Source: an uncultured Gammaproteobacteria bacterium
GTDB lineage: Bacteria; Pseudomonadota; Gammaproteobacteria; Chromatiales; Chromatiaceae
Direction: 5' to 3'
DNA: 64,000 nt
Assembly: GCA_963716875.1 (NCBI GenBank)
Contig: CAVQUR010000016.1
Coordinates: 168,632-232,631 of the forward strand
Position numbers and translations under genes: made by a program
Part shown: positions 45,511-54,641 of the stretch, in pieces
Layout of the letters: each line of letters starts with the position of its first letter
How positions within the stretch are numbered: position 1 is the stretch's first letter
Notes under the pieces: model-generated
The model's input: the letters and a program-made list of their open reading frames with translations, nothing else
What the model was told of the DNA's origin: nothing
Databases searched by the model: none

Positions 45511-45627
45511 TTAATCATTCACTATTCCGCTCACCGTTGAAGAATACAATTCGAAATGATCTCCGATCGCTTTCAAGGTATAGCCGCCACTTCTATAGAC
45601 CTGTTTGATCTTCCGCGATGTCTCGTG
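45511..45627 (-). pseudogene. 38-codon remnant of a DnaA-C-like HTH (as found at the C-terminus of REP-associated/IS200-like transposase relatives)
   Basis: The minus-strand frame reads LHETSRKIKQVYRSGGYTLKAIGDHFELYSSTVSGIVND*, bounded upstream by a stop. No catalytic part is present. Confidence 0.3.
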
Positions 45628-46023
45628 AAGTTATTTCTTGATACCAATATCCTGGCCAGCGCCCTGACCACACGCGGACTGCGCGCTGATCTCTTCGAAG
45701 TGGTTTTACAATCCCATGAATTGCTGACTTCTGATCATGTCCTGCGAGAACTCGAACGCATCCTCCCGGGGAAACTGGATCAATCAGAAGAGATCACTGA
45801 AGGATTTATAAAATTGCTATCGTCACATGCCCTTCTGGTGAACAGTCAACCTCCCTTCCCTTCTCTCCCAGGTCCCGATGATGAACCCATTGTCGCTTCC
45901 GCATTTGCAGGAAAATCAAATATCTTTGTCACGGGCGATAAGGCACTTCTGCAACTGCAAAGCGTCGAGTTTTTACCTATCGTTTCACCAAGGAGATTCT
46001 GGGAGATGATAGCCGGCCGATAA
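45625..46023 (+). CDS. PIN-domain toxin (orphan, no cognate antitoxin ORF seen)
   Basis: GTG 45625 gives VKLFLDTNILASALTTRG.. (first acidic PIN residue), ..VTGDKALL near the C-terminus. About 132 aa. The upstream part of the listed ORF overlaps the HTH remnant. Confidence 0.65.
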   Translation: MKLFLDTNILASALTTRGLRADLFEVVLQSHELLTSDHVLRELERILPGKLDQSEEITEGFIKLLSSHALLVNSQPPFPSLPGPDDEPIVASAFAGKSNIFVTGDKALLQLQSVEFLPIVSPRRFWEMIAGR

Positions 46024-46519
46024 TGATGTGCCGAGAATCAGTATAGCTGATAGCTTCCCTGGACAGCTTCAGGATAACCGTCTAGACATATTCTGATAGC
46101 ATCTTTCTCTAATCATTTCATGACAGACCACTCGCTCTTTTCATTGATAACCTCCCTGATTGTTAACTGTCGGATACTTGGTGACACTTGAAGCCACTGT
46201 GCGGCAGCATGAAGGAAGTTTTTTCAATGGGCCGACGAGGAGAAGAAACTCACAATGTGGATATTCAACGACCCAACGCGCATCGTCTTACTGGCGAGAC
46301 AATGAAGATACTTGCCAGCCGGGTCAGGAAATCAGATGTGCAACAATACGCCCCTCATCGCGCTGCAGACTGACGTCTCCTCTGAAAAAGCTCAAAAATA
46401 TCTGTTACTACGAATTATCGGGAAGGACAAGATGCTCAATGCTGATCTCATTGGCCGAATTTTAAGGAAATAATACACTATACTTTATAAGGATATTAAT
46501 GGAACGGAGGGGATTCTGG

Positions 46520-48742
46520 ATGAAAAATATAGGAAAACTACTGACCTTGCTACTGGTCTTCAGCAGTGGTTGGGTTGGAATATCAAAGGGTATCAGCGGG
46601 GATTCTGATAATGTGCTTGAGACGAAGCAGGGGAGAGACACTACATTCCAGATTGTGAGTCAAAAACATAGAGACGACCATCCTGGTAAGTGTCCTCATT
46701 GCAGTGATGACGGTGAATATGACTTCTGGATCGGCGAGGTTGGACGCAACGAGCCGCTCTTTACTGGGCCTCAACAGTACCCCTTTGTCTGTTGGACAAG
46801 CGAATCGGGGCTCAGCCAGCCCCTCATTGATAACCTTGAGGGTATAGGTAATCCCGTCTTCGTCGTCGAGGGTGACAACACCAGTGGGATACTTGGCTAC
46901 AGTGCAGACTGTAGCATGCAAACCCGGGTAGACTATTTCTACCTGGCTACAGATGGTCGCTTCTATCCGTATGACTCGTCGAATCCAACGCCAGATATCT
47001 ACCAGCTCCCGATTCAAGGTCAGCTCGTCGACTTCATCGTAAGGGTCGAGACCGGATCCCTCAACCGCTTTATCTACACGATCGCCATGCTTGCTCCTTT
47101 CCCGGAGGAGCTGGACGACCCCGAGGATCTGGACAACTGGGCTTGGAACGGTGACTTGGTGTACTATTTCCGCGGCGGCATCGGAATCGGCCATTGGCAA
47201 GGTACGGCCGGCTGGCATGGCGGCATCTCGGGAGGAGAACGAGCCATCTTTCCGCAGATTCTGGCAAGTGGTTATGCGATCGCAATGTCATCGGGCAATC
47301 AGAGTGGGGTACATTACAACCTGAATCTGACCGCCGAGACCGCCTATATGGTCAAGCAACACTTTGGCGCAATCTACGGAGAGCCTCGACACACCATCGG
47401 TATCGGGGGGTCCGGCGGCGCCGTCCAGATCTATTCCCTGGCTCAGAACATGCCTAGACTGCTCGATGCCGGTATTCCGCTAATTTCCTATCCAGATATG
47501 ATAACCCAGACGATCCACATCTCGGACTGCAACCTACTCGAGCAATACTTTCTAGAGGATGTGCTGCTCAAAGGAGCAGATAGCAAATGGGCGACATGGA
47601 GCAATCGCCAGTGGATCGAGGGGCTCAATGCCTCGGACACCGTGATCAACAGCCTCACCGGACTGCCCGGCAGTAGCGAGTGCATCGAGGGCTGGCACCT
47701 GAACACATCCACGGTGCTCAACCCTTACTTCACGGCCCCAGAATATTTCGCAGCCCTTGAGTTCTACCTCTATCCCCAGGACGTGATCGATGCCATCCGT
47801 TGGACCCACTGGAACGACCTAGAGAATATCTACGGTACCGACGATATGGGCTTTGCGCCCATTCCTATCGATAATGTAGGGGTGCAATACGGTCTGCAGG
47901 CCTTGCTCGATGGCAATATTGCGGCCAATGAGTTCCTGGAGATAAACAGTTGTGTCGGGAGTTGGAAGGAGCAAGTCGAATTCGTCCCCTTCTCGCTGAG
48001 CGAGGAGAATGTTTTCGATCATGAGAACATGAACCGCGATCCTTCTGCGTGCCGCGCTGGCATTCCTGCACCGCGACGTCAAGCCGACGCGTGGGCCATG
48101 GAGGCCGCCTATCTCTCCGGTCATGTCTTTACCGGTAAAAAGCTGGACATCCCGATCATCGACCTGCGGCCGTATCTCGAGGAGGAGCTCGACATGCACA
48201 ACAGCCGCCAGTCGTTTTCAGTACGTCAGCGGTTGCTCAATGGGATCGGCAACTCCGAAGATATGATCATCTGGTTTACCGGCTCTGAAGATGAGCTTCC
48301 AGAGCATACGCTTGAGGCGCTTGCCACTTTGCAGAACTATCTCAGCAGTGGGGTCAAACCTGCCAGTTTTGTCGATGCCTGCTGGGGCGCAAGCGGGACA
48401 CTCATCGGCGCTGGCGCAGATGTTTGGAATGGCATCTTAGATCAGAATCCTCCCGGTGTGTGTACGCAGGCATTTCCTATTTTCGCCTCGTCTCGAATGG
48501 TTGCCGGTGACAGCTATTCCGGTGATATGTTCAAGTGCAGCTTGATGTCAATCGATAAGGCGATACGCAAGGGAATCTACGGCGATGTCGTGTTCGATGC
48601 AGCACAACGCAACACACTCGATTTGATTTTTCCAAATGGTGTCTGTGACTACGGTAAACCAAACAAGGGGCTTCACACAGATAGACACCAAGCACGGGTC
48701 TCTAACAAAATAGGGGTGAAAATAACACACTTTGATCGCTAA
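46520..48742 (+). CDS. secreted large alpha/beta-hydrolase-like protein, unknown specificity
   Basis: MKNIGKLLTLLLVFSSGWVGISKG signal peptide. About 740 aa, intact. GIGGSGGAVQIY nucleophile-elbow-like motif. Several Cys pairs. Confidence 0.6.
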   Translation: MKNIGKLLTLLLVFSSGWVGISKGISGDSDNVLETKQGRDTTFQIVSQKHRDDHPGKCPHCSDDGEYDFWIGEVGRNEPLFTGPQQYPFVCWTSESGLSQPLIDNLEGIGNPVFVVEGDNTSGILGYSADCSMQTRVDYFYLATDGRFYPYDSSNPTPDIYQLPIQGQLVDFIVRVETGSLNRFIYTIAMLAPFPEELDDPEDLDNWAWNGDLVYYFRGGIGIGHWQGTAGWHGGISGGERAIFPQILASGYAIAMSSGNQSGVHYNLNLTAETAYMVKQHFGAIYGEPRHTIGIGGSGGAVQIYSLAQNMPRLLDAGIPLISYPDMITQTIHISDCNLLEQYFLEDVLLKGADSKWATWSNRQWIEGLNASDTVINSLTGLPGSSECIEGWHLNTSTVLNPYFTAPEYFAALEFYLYPQDVIDAIRWTHWNDLENIYGTDDMGFAPIPIDNVGVQYGLQALLDGNIAANEFLEINSCVGSWKEQVEFVPFSLSEENVFDHENMNRDPSACRAGIPAPRRQADAWAMEAAYLSGHVFTGKKLDIPIIDLRPYLEEELDMHNSRQSFSVRQRLLNGIGNSEDMIIWFTGSEDELPEHTLEALATLQNYLSSGVKPASFVDACWGASGTLIGAGADVWNGILDQNPPGVCTQAFPIFASSRMVAGDSYSGDMFKCSLMSIDKAIRKGIYGDVVFDAAQRNTLDLIFPNGVCDYGKPNKGLHTDRHQARVSNKIGVKITHFDR

Positions 48743-48752
48743 CAAACGAAAA

Positions 48753-48890
48753 TCATTGGAAATCTTTGATACGTTTCTTGCGCCCCGGGGCATACCTTTC
48801 GCGCCGATCGGATTCCACATAGTGGTCTGTCGTGGCCATGCTGGCATGCCCGGCATCATCCCGTACATGTTCCCGGGGGCGGATCTTCAC
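48753..48890 (-). pseudogene. tyrosine recombinase/integrase C-terminal remnant
   Basis: The minus frame reads ..VKIRPREHVRDDAGHASMATTDHYVESDRRERYAPGRKKRIKDFQ*. GHASxxTTxxYxE is the conserved integrase tail that contains the catalytic Tyr. The rest of the gene is absent. Confidence 0.4.
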
Positions 48891-48904
48891 AGGCAACGTG
48901 GATT

Positions 48905-49168
48905 GACGAGCCACTGAATTTCTTTCATAACCGGGACAAGGATAAAGTCGAGGTCGATCTCATTATTGAGAACGGCACAGGAGGCTGTTTTGCCGTGGAA
49001 GTGAAAGCAGCAGCCACTTTGAATGCCAAGGATTTTAACGGATTGAAACGCTTTCAAAGCATCGCTGGCGAGAGGTTTAAATTGGGTATTTTGCTCTATG
49101 ATGGCGATCACACCACAGCATTCGGCGATCAACTCTTCGCTGTGCCGGTTGGTGCATTATGGTCGTGA
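48905..49168 (+). pseudogene. DUF4143-type ATPase C-terminal remnant
   Basis: A frame with no start reads ..LNFFHNRDKDKVEVDLIIENGTGGCFAVEVKAAATLNAKDFNGLKRFQSIAGERFKLGILLYDGDHTTAFGDQLFAVPVGALWS*. This is the typical restriction-endonuclease-like C-terminal module of AAA/DUF4143 proteins. Confidence 0.5.
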
Positions 49169-49174
49169 GATCAA

Positions 49175-52012
49175 ATGACCAACAGGATAGACGTCGTGGA
49201 CCGCTCTTGTTCACCGGCAACTAAGATTGCACTGTTTCGATCACTGTTTCGCGGTCGCGATGACGTTTACCCCCGTCGTTTTGAAAGTCGCAAGACCGGA
49301 AAAAGTGGATACCAGCCCGCTTGTGGCAACGAGTGGATGCGTGGCGTGTGTCGAAAGCCCGAAATCAAATGTACCGCTTGCTTCAACCGGCGATTGCTTC
49401 CGGTTACCGATGAGGTCGTGAACTGGCATCTTACCGGCAAGGACGACATTGGGCGGGACTTTGTTATGGGTGTCTACCCCATGCTGCTCGACGAGACCTG
49501 TTTTTTTCTGGCCATGGATTTTGATAAGGCCGATTGGCAAGAAGACGTAAGCACCGTGCTTCAAACCTTTCGGAGATTTGGTATTCCGACAGCACTTGAG
49601 CGATCAAAATCAGGACGCGGTGGTCATGTCTGGGTATTCTTCGAGGAGGCGATTCCGGCCGCGTTGGCCAGAAGGATGGGCTCATTCATCCTCACGGAGA
49701 CGATGGAGCAACGTCCCGACGTCGGGCTGGACTCGTACGACCGGTTCTTTCCGAACCAGGATACGCTGCCCAAAGGGGGCTTTGGCAATCTTATCGCACT
49801 GCCGCTCCAGAAAGAACCGAGAGAACAGGGAAACAGCCTGTTCGTGGATGATAGGTTTCACGCTTATCCGGATCAATGGGCATTTCTCTCATCAGTTCGG
49901 CGACTCCTTCGGAACGAGATCGAGGGGTTGGTTCATACCGCAGAGCAAAAGGGGCGCGTTGTCGGGGTCGATTTTCCCGCTGACGAGGATCCGGATCATG
50001 CGCCTTGGACCGCGTCGCCGTCGCGACAAAGAAAGGATACTCCCATCCCCGGCCCACTTCCCAAAACCCTTGGGCTGACGATAGGGAACGAGATCTACAT
50101 TGCAAAGGCGGACCTGGTTCCTGGCTTGCAAAATCGTCTGCTGCGCTTAGCGGCTTTTCAGAATCCCGAGTTTTATAAAGCACAGGCCATGCGGCTTCCC
50201 ACGTATGGCACGTCGAGAGTTATTGCCTGTGCCGAGGATTTCCCACTACATATCGGTCTGCCTCGCGGGTGTCTGGAGAATATCCAAACCTTGCTGGCAG
50301 ACTTAAAGATTAAACCTGTGCTGAAAGACGAACGCTTTAGCGGGACGCCGTTGGAGACGAGGTTCCACGGTGTCTTACGGCCAGAGCAGGAAGCTGCAGT
50401 AGGTGCCATGGCAGAGTTCGAGACGGGTGTATTGTCGGCTACGACTGCGTTTGGCAAGACAGTGGTCGCGGCGAAGCTCATCGCCTTGCGTGGTGTGAAC
50501 ACGCTTGTGCTGGTTCATCGCCAGCAGTTGATGGAGCAGTGGGTGGAGCGTTTAGCCTCGCTCCTGAACATTCCAAGAAAGGAGATTGGTCGATTCGGAG
50601 GCGGTCGCAAGAAAGCCAATGGCCAGCTGGATGTGGCCATGATTCAGAGCATGGTTAGAAAAGGGGTCGTAAATGATCAGGTAGGAAAGTACGGTCACCT
50701 GATCGTTGATGAATGCCACCATCTTCCCGCTTCGAGCTTCGAACAGGTTGCGCGCAGATCGAAAGCCAAATACGTGCTTGGACTTTCAGCGACCGTTACT
50801 CGCAAGGATGGCCACCACCCCATCATCACCATGCAGTGTGGACCTATTCGCTACCGGGTCAATGCCAGGAAGCAAGCCAAGGTGCGTCCGTTCAGCCATT
50901 CCGTAGTGGTCCGTCCCACTGCATTCCGGGCGAGTGAAGTGGATGAGCAAGACCCACGTGCGCAGTTCAGCAAGTTGGTTGATTATATCGTAAGAGACGA
51001 GGTCAGGAACCGGCTCATCTGTGAGGATGCGATCAAGGCAGTCAAGGAGGGGCGCTCTCCGATTGTGCTGACTGAGCGAACGGATCACCTCAGCAGGCTG
51101 GAGGAAGCCCTGGCGTCCGAATGTGAGCATCTTATCGTGCTGAAGGGCGGGATGGGGAAGAATAAACTAAACGCGGCGCTCAAGGCGCTGAGTACAATCC
51201 CGGATGATGAAGAACGCCTATTGCTGGCAACGGGGAAGTACATAGGAGAAGGATTTGACGATGCCCGGTTGGACACATTGTTCCTTACCCTACCGGTATC
51301 CTGGCGAGGCACTATTGCTCAATATGCCGGGCGGCTCCACCGTCTGCACGACGGCAAGGATGAGGTACGCATCTACGATTACGCCGATCTCAATGAGCCC
51401 ATGCTGACCCGGATGTTCGACCGCCGCTGCAAAGGGTATGAGGCGATCGGTTACACGATCCAGCTACCCGCCAGCGCGGTGCCGGGTTGGCCTGTAGATG
51501 TACCCTTGCCGATCGATCCCACATGGAAGAGGGACTATGCCGCTTCAATCCAGCGCCTGATTCGGGATGGCGTAGACACCCCTCTGGGCGATCTATTCGT
51601 TTGTGCGGCTCATTCCATCGAGGCGGAAGCTGAAGGTGTGGATCGTGCACGGTCTGCAACCGAGAAATTCCTCTACCAAAGGCTCGAAACCATCCCAGAG
51701 ACAGTTGGCAAGTTTCGTCTGAATGCGGTGCTTCCGATCCCCTTTGATGGATCTGGCTCGATGGAGGTCGATCTACTCTTTGCTGAAGGCAAGGTAGTCA
51801 TTGAAGTGGATGGACCACACCATTTGACCGGTCCCGATGCCTATCGACGCGACCGCCGCAAGGACTTGATGCTACAAGAACGCGGATATTGCGTGGTTCG
51901 ATTCCTAGCTGAAGACGTGGGCAAATATCTCGACCATGTACTCGATACAGTCATTCGCGTTCTGACCAAGTACAATCGGCAAAATGAGAGTGATTTATAT
52001 GCTGATAAATAG
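49175..52012 (+). CDS. fusion protein: archaeo-eukaryotic primase (AEP/prim-pol)-like domain + SF2 DEAD/DEAH-type helicase + DUF559/Vsr-like endonuclease domain
   Basis: - Length: 945 aa, uninterrupted.
- N-terminal Cys cluster: C50-x8-C59-x6-C66-x2-C69.
- AEP motifs: FLAMDFD (DxD, aa 111-117), SGRGGHVWVFF (sxH, aa 146-156), DSYDRFFP (aa 186-193).
- Helicase motifs: TAFGKTVV (I), VDECHH (II), SAT (III), QYAGRLHR (VI).
- C-terminus: MEVDLLFAEGKVVIEVDGPHH..RRDRRKDLMLQERGYCVVRF (DUF559-like PD-(D/E)xK). Confidence 0.8.
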   Translation: MTNRIDVVDRSCSPATKIALFRSLFRGRDDVYPRRFESRKTGKSGYQPACGNEWMRGVCRKPEIKCTACFNRRLLPVTDEVVNWHLTGKDDIGRDFVMGVYPMLLDETCFFLAMDFDKADWQEDVSTVLQTFRRFGIPTALERSKSGRGGHVWVFFEEAIPAALARRMGSFILTETMEQRPDVGLDSYDRFFPNQDTLPKGGFGNLIALPLQKEPREQGNSLFVDDRFHAYPDQWAFLSSVRRLLRNEIEGLVHTAEQKGRVVGVDFPADEDPDHAPWTASPSRQRKDTPIPGPLPKTLGLTIGNEIYIAKADLVPGLQNRLLRLAAFQNPEFYKAQAMRLPTYGTSRVIACAEDFPLHIGLPRGCLENIQTLLADLKIKPVLKDERFSGTPLETRFHGVLRPEQEAAVGAMAEFETGVLSATTAFGKTVVAAKLIALRGVNTLVLVHRQQLMEQWVERLASLLNIPRKEIGRFGGGRKKANGQLDVAMIQSMVRKGVVNDQVGKYGHLIVDECHHLPASSFEQVARRSKAKYVLGLSATVTRKDGHHPIITMQCGPIRYRVNARKQAKVRPFSHSVVVRPTAFRASEVDEQDPRAQFSKLVDYIVRDEVRNRLICEDAIKAVKEGRSPIVLTERTDHLSRLEEALASECEHLIVLKGGMGKNKLNAALKALSTIPDDEERLLLATGKYIGEGFDDARLDTLFLTLPVSWRGTIAQYAGRLHRLHDGKDEVRIYDYADLNEPMLTRMFDRRCKGYEAIGYTIQLPASAVPGWPVDVPLPIDPTWKRDYAASIQRLIRDGVDTPLGDLFVCAAHSIEAEAEGVDRARSATEKFLYQRLETIPETVGKFRLNAVLPIPFDGSGSMEVDLLFAEGKVVIEVDGPHHLTGPDAYRRDRRKDLMLQERGYCVVRFLAEDVGKYLDHVLDTVIRVLTKYNRQNESDLYADK

Positions 52013-52638
52013 TACGAATTGAAATATATACACGAGGAAGCGGCTTAATTCCACTCAATGGGACTCCATGAAATCAAAAAGATCGGCCGGACAGAGTTCT
52101 CTCGTCAAAGCTCAATTCTTATCGTTGTCATCGCTTATTTCACTGGAGATCCGTTCAAGATCTCCAAGAAGCCCAGACGTCATGATGATTTTTCACTTTT
52201 TTTCTAAACCTTATTACCTTGGGGTCAAAGTTCTCTATGATGTACTGGTGTGCTTCATGCAACAACGCGATGGCTAGCTCTACTTCACGTTTAAATTGGT
52301 CGTCGGTATCGGAAAGCGGTGTCAGGAGCGAGGCACATATCCCATATAAACCCCTCGCCCTACCGTTCGCCGTTGTTTTCCCCTTCGATCCATTTACTGG
52401 GGATCAGTTTGTCGATACAGTTATTACCAACATCATTGACCTCTTCCATTAGATGAGTCATCAGCGAGGTTACTGTACCGTAATAGAGCTGACCCTCAAT
52501 CAGTAGACGGATCCACCAGGGATGGGATACTCCATAGTAGCCTGAGCCTTTATTCTCTGGAAAATCCCGGAATCCGGCGAGTTCAGAAGTGGACCCCGTA
52601 TTTCGGACAGTCGCTTAAGTGTATTCTGCTCTCTCTGA

Positions 52639-53536
52639 TTACGCCGCTTCCGGCAGCATGATTTCACCTAAGTATGCATGGTCTGGGGTTTTTCCCAGGC
52701 TCTGATGTTTGCGTTCCGCGTTGTAGAATCGAAAATAGCTCCCCAGTCTGGAACGTGCTTCACTCACTGAATCGTAGGCCCGTAGGTAGACTTCTTCGTA
52801 CTTCACACTGCGCCAGAGCCGTTCCACCATCACATGGTCCACCCAACGACCCTTACCGTCCATGCTGATCTGCACCTCTGCCGCCTTCAGAACCCCGGTG
52901 AAGGCCTCGCTGGTAAACTGGGCCCCCTGGTCTGTGTTGAAGATCTCCGGCGCGCCATAACGGTGGATTGCTTCCTCCACGGCATCCACATAGAAATCAC
53001 TTTCCAGGGTATTCGACAGGCGCCAGGATAAGACCTTACGGCTGTACCAGTCCATGATGGCTACCAGGTAGACAAAGCCTTTGGCCATCGGAATATACGT
53101 GATGTCCGTTGCCCAGACCCGGTTGGGTCGGTTGATGTCCAAGCCCTTGAGCAAGTAGGGATAGATCTTGTGCCTCTTCCCGGGTCGGCTGGTGTTTGCC
53201 TTTGGGTACAGGGCAGTGATCCCCATCTGCTGCATCAGACGCTGAACGCGCTTGCGGTTGATGTCATGACCTTCCTCCCACAGCCAATCCCGAATCCGAC
53301 CGACTACCGTAGAATTGCCGTTGCAAATGCATCTCGTCGATACGCCGCATCAGCTTCAGGTCGTCATTTGATGCTGGTTTAGGCTGGTAGTAAACGGTTG
53401 AACGATTCAGTGACAGCAACTGAAACTGCCGGGTCACAGGCAAAGTATGCATTCGGTCGATCATCCTTTTCCTTTCGGACTGTGAATCCTTTCCAGCCCT
53501 TGTTCTAAAGCTTCCGCTCCTGCTCACGCCCCTCAC
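52639..53536 (-). pseudogene. IS3-family transposase OrfB (DDE integrase core), frameshift near 53300-53325 and in-frame TAG between orfA and orfB
   Basis: ORF 53264-53536 (..KRMIDRMHTLPVTRQFQLLSLNRSTVYYQP..IDEMHLQ) and ORF 52639-53235 (..RVWATDITYIPM..YLVAIMDWYSRKVLSW..FNTDQGAQFTS..ERLWRSVKYEEVY). The RIRDWLWEEGHDINRKRVQRL segment lies in a third frame. Confidence 0.8.
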
Positions 53537-53812
53537 CTACATCCGTGTAGGCGAAAAATCCCGTTCCATTGTCAGTTGACCAATCTTGGCGTGTAGTTCC
53601 TTAATCTTGTGCTCGCTATCCTCAGCCAGCTTAGCACTGCCACCAAAGACTTGATCGGCACTCTCCATCAGCTGGCGCCGCCAATCGGTAATTTGATTAG
53701 GGTGAACATCGAACTGTTCTGCCAAATCTGCCAAAGTTCGATCTCCTTTCAAAGCCGCCACAGCTACCTTAGCCTTGAAGTTTGAGGAATGATTTCTACG
53801 TTTTCTTCTCAT
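53537..53812 (-). CDS. IS3-family transposase OrfA (HTH)
   Basis: MRRKRRNHSSNFKAKVAVAALKGDRTLADLAEQFDVHPNQITDWRRQL..leucine-zipper-like..LTMERDF. ATG 53812 is preceded by AGGAG. Confidence 0.8.
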   Translation of the reverse strand: MRRKRRNHSSNFKAKVAVAALKGDRTLADLAEQFDVHPNQITDWRRQLMESADQVFGGSAKLAEDSEHKIKELHAKIGQLTMERDFSPTRM

Positions 53813-53892
53813 CTTCTGCTCCTGTCTCTCGGACCATAGTTTTGCAGAAGACACTTAAACTTTCCTCATCCCTGTCCAACTACCGGGGTCCA

Positions 53893-54074
53893 CCACTTGC
53901 GGGCGCTGAAAAACTCAACAGGGCAGCCCATTGTTCCTCCACGATGGCAACATACCGGATCGTGTTTCCTATCTTGGGTAGTGAGCCCAGATAGTGATGC
54001 GCCTGCATCAGCGCTTGAAAATCACGCTCTTGGGAGGAGGGAACAGGTACTACACTAAGGGATGAATGGCGCAA
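53893..54074 (-). pseudogene. DUF4338-like protein fragment, cut by the IS3 element
   Basis: MRHSSLSVVPVPSSQERDFQALMQAHHYLGSLPKIGNTIRYVAIVEEQWAALLSFSAPAS. The HHYLG...Y.A.....A.L.FS.AP block matches my recollection of DUF4338 proteins. The reading frame runs straight into the IS right end at 53892. Confidence 0.45.
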
Positions 54075-54641
54075 GCTGTCTCTCGTTTAGTAATTTGAAC
54101 ACCTGTTTTTACCTCAGGAGACAGCTTTTGTCCAGAATTCGTGGGTATTTTTATGTTTTCATGGGAGTTGGGGGGGTTAGCGGTGTTCCGCCGTGACAGC
54201 CTCCCTGGCATCATCGATATCCTTTTCTGAATTACGTTCGATTCCCCGCAGGCTGGCTAGAAGAGCGCCGGATACGATATCTTGCATCACCGTCCATCAT
54301 GGCACGAAAGATCTCCTGTTGCTCATGCGACCAGGAGTGGTAAGCAGGATCTGCGGCAATCAGGGCTCTACGTGCCGCGGCTTCAATATCGGATTTATCG
54401 AAAGGGTGTGACATGAGGCAGACTCAAGGCGGCAACAGAAATAGACTCCATTTTTCAGCCGGCTGTTTATGTGCGTTCTACTCTAGCACCCCGGTTATTA
54501 AAAGATTCTTGGCTAAAATAGACCCGCTTCTGCCACTTGGTACAGACTGCGTGTTGCTTTGCTAAACGTGCATTGGCAGGATTTAGTCAAACAAATGCTA
54601 TTGCATGACGATCACGTCACTAGTAACTCATATATTATTAG

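Larger units (their letters stand above)
52590..53892 (-). mobile_element. IS3-family insertion sequence (about 1.3 kb), degenerate
   Basis: Imperfect terminal inverted repeats: TGGACCCCGTATTTCGGACAG (52590-) versus the reverse complement of CTGTCCAACTACCGGGGTCCA (-53892), with TG...CA ends. Contains orfA (HTH) and orfB (DDE). No flanking direct repeat. Confidence 0.8.

Noticed and set aside
52566-52580. cccggaatc, a 9-nt match to the 3' half of tRNA-Cys, as a possible distal att site of the island.
   Set aside because: The match is too short and degenerates immediately. It also sits next to the IS end rather than at the compositional border (about 44.2 kb).
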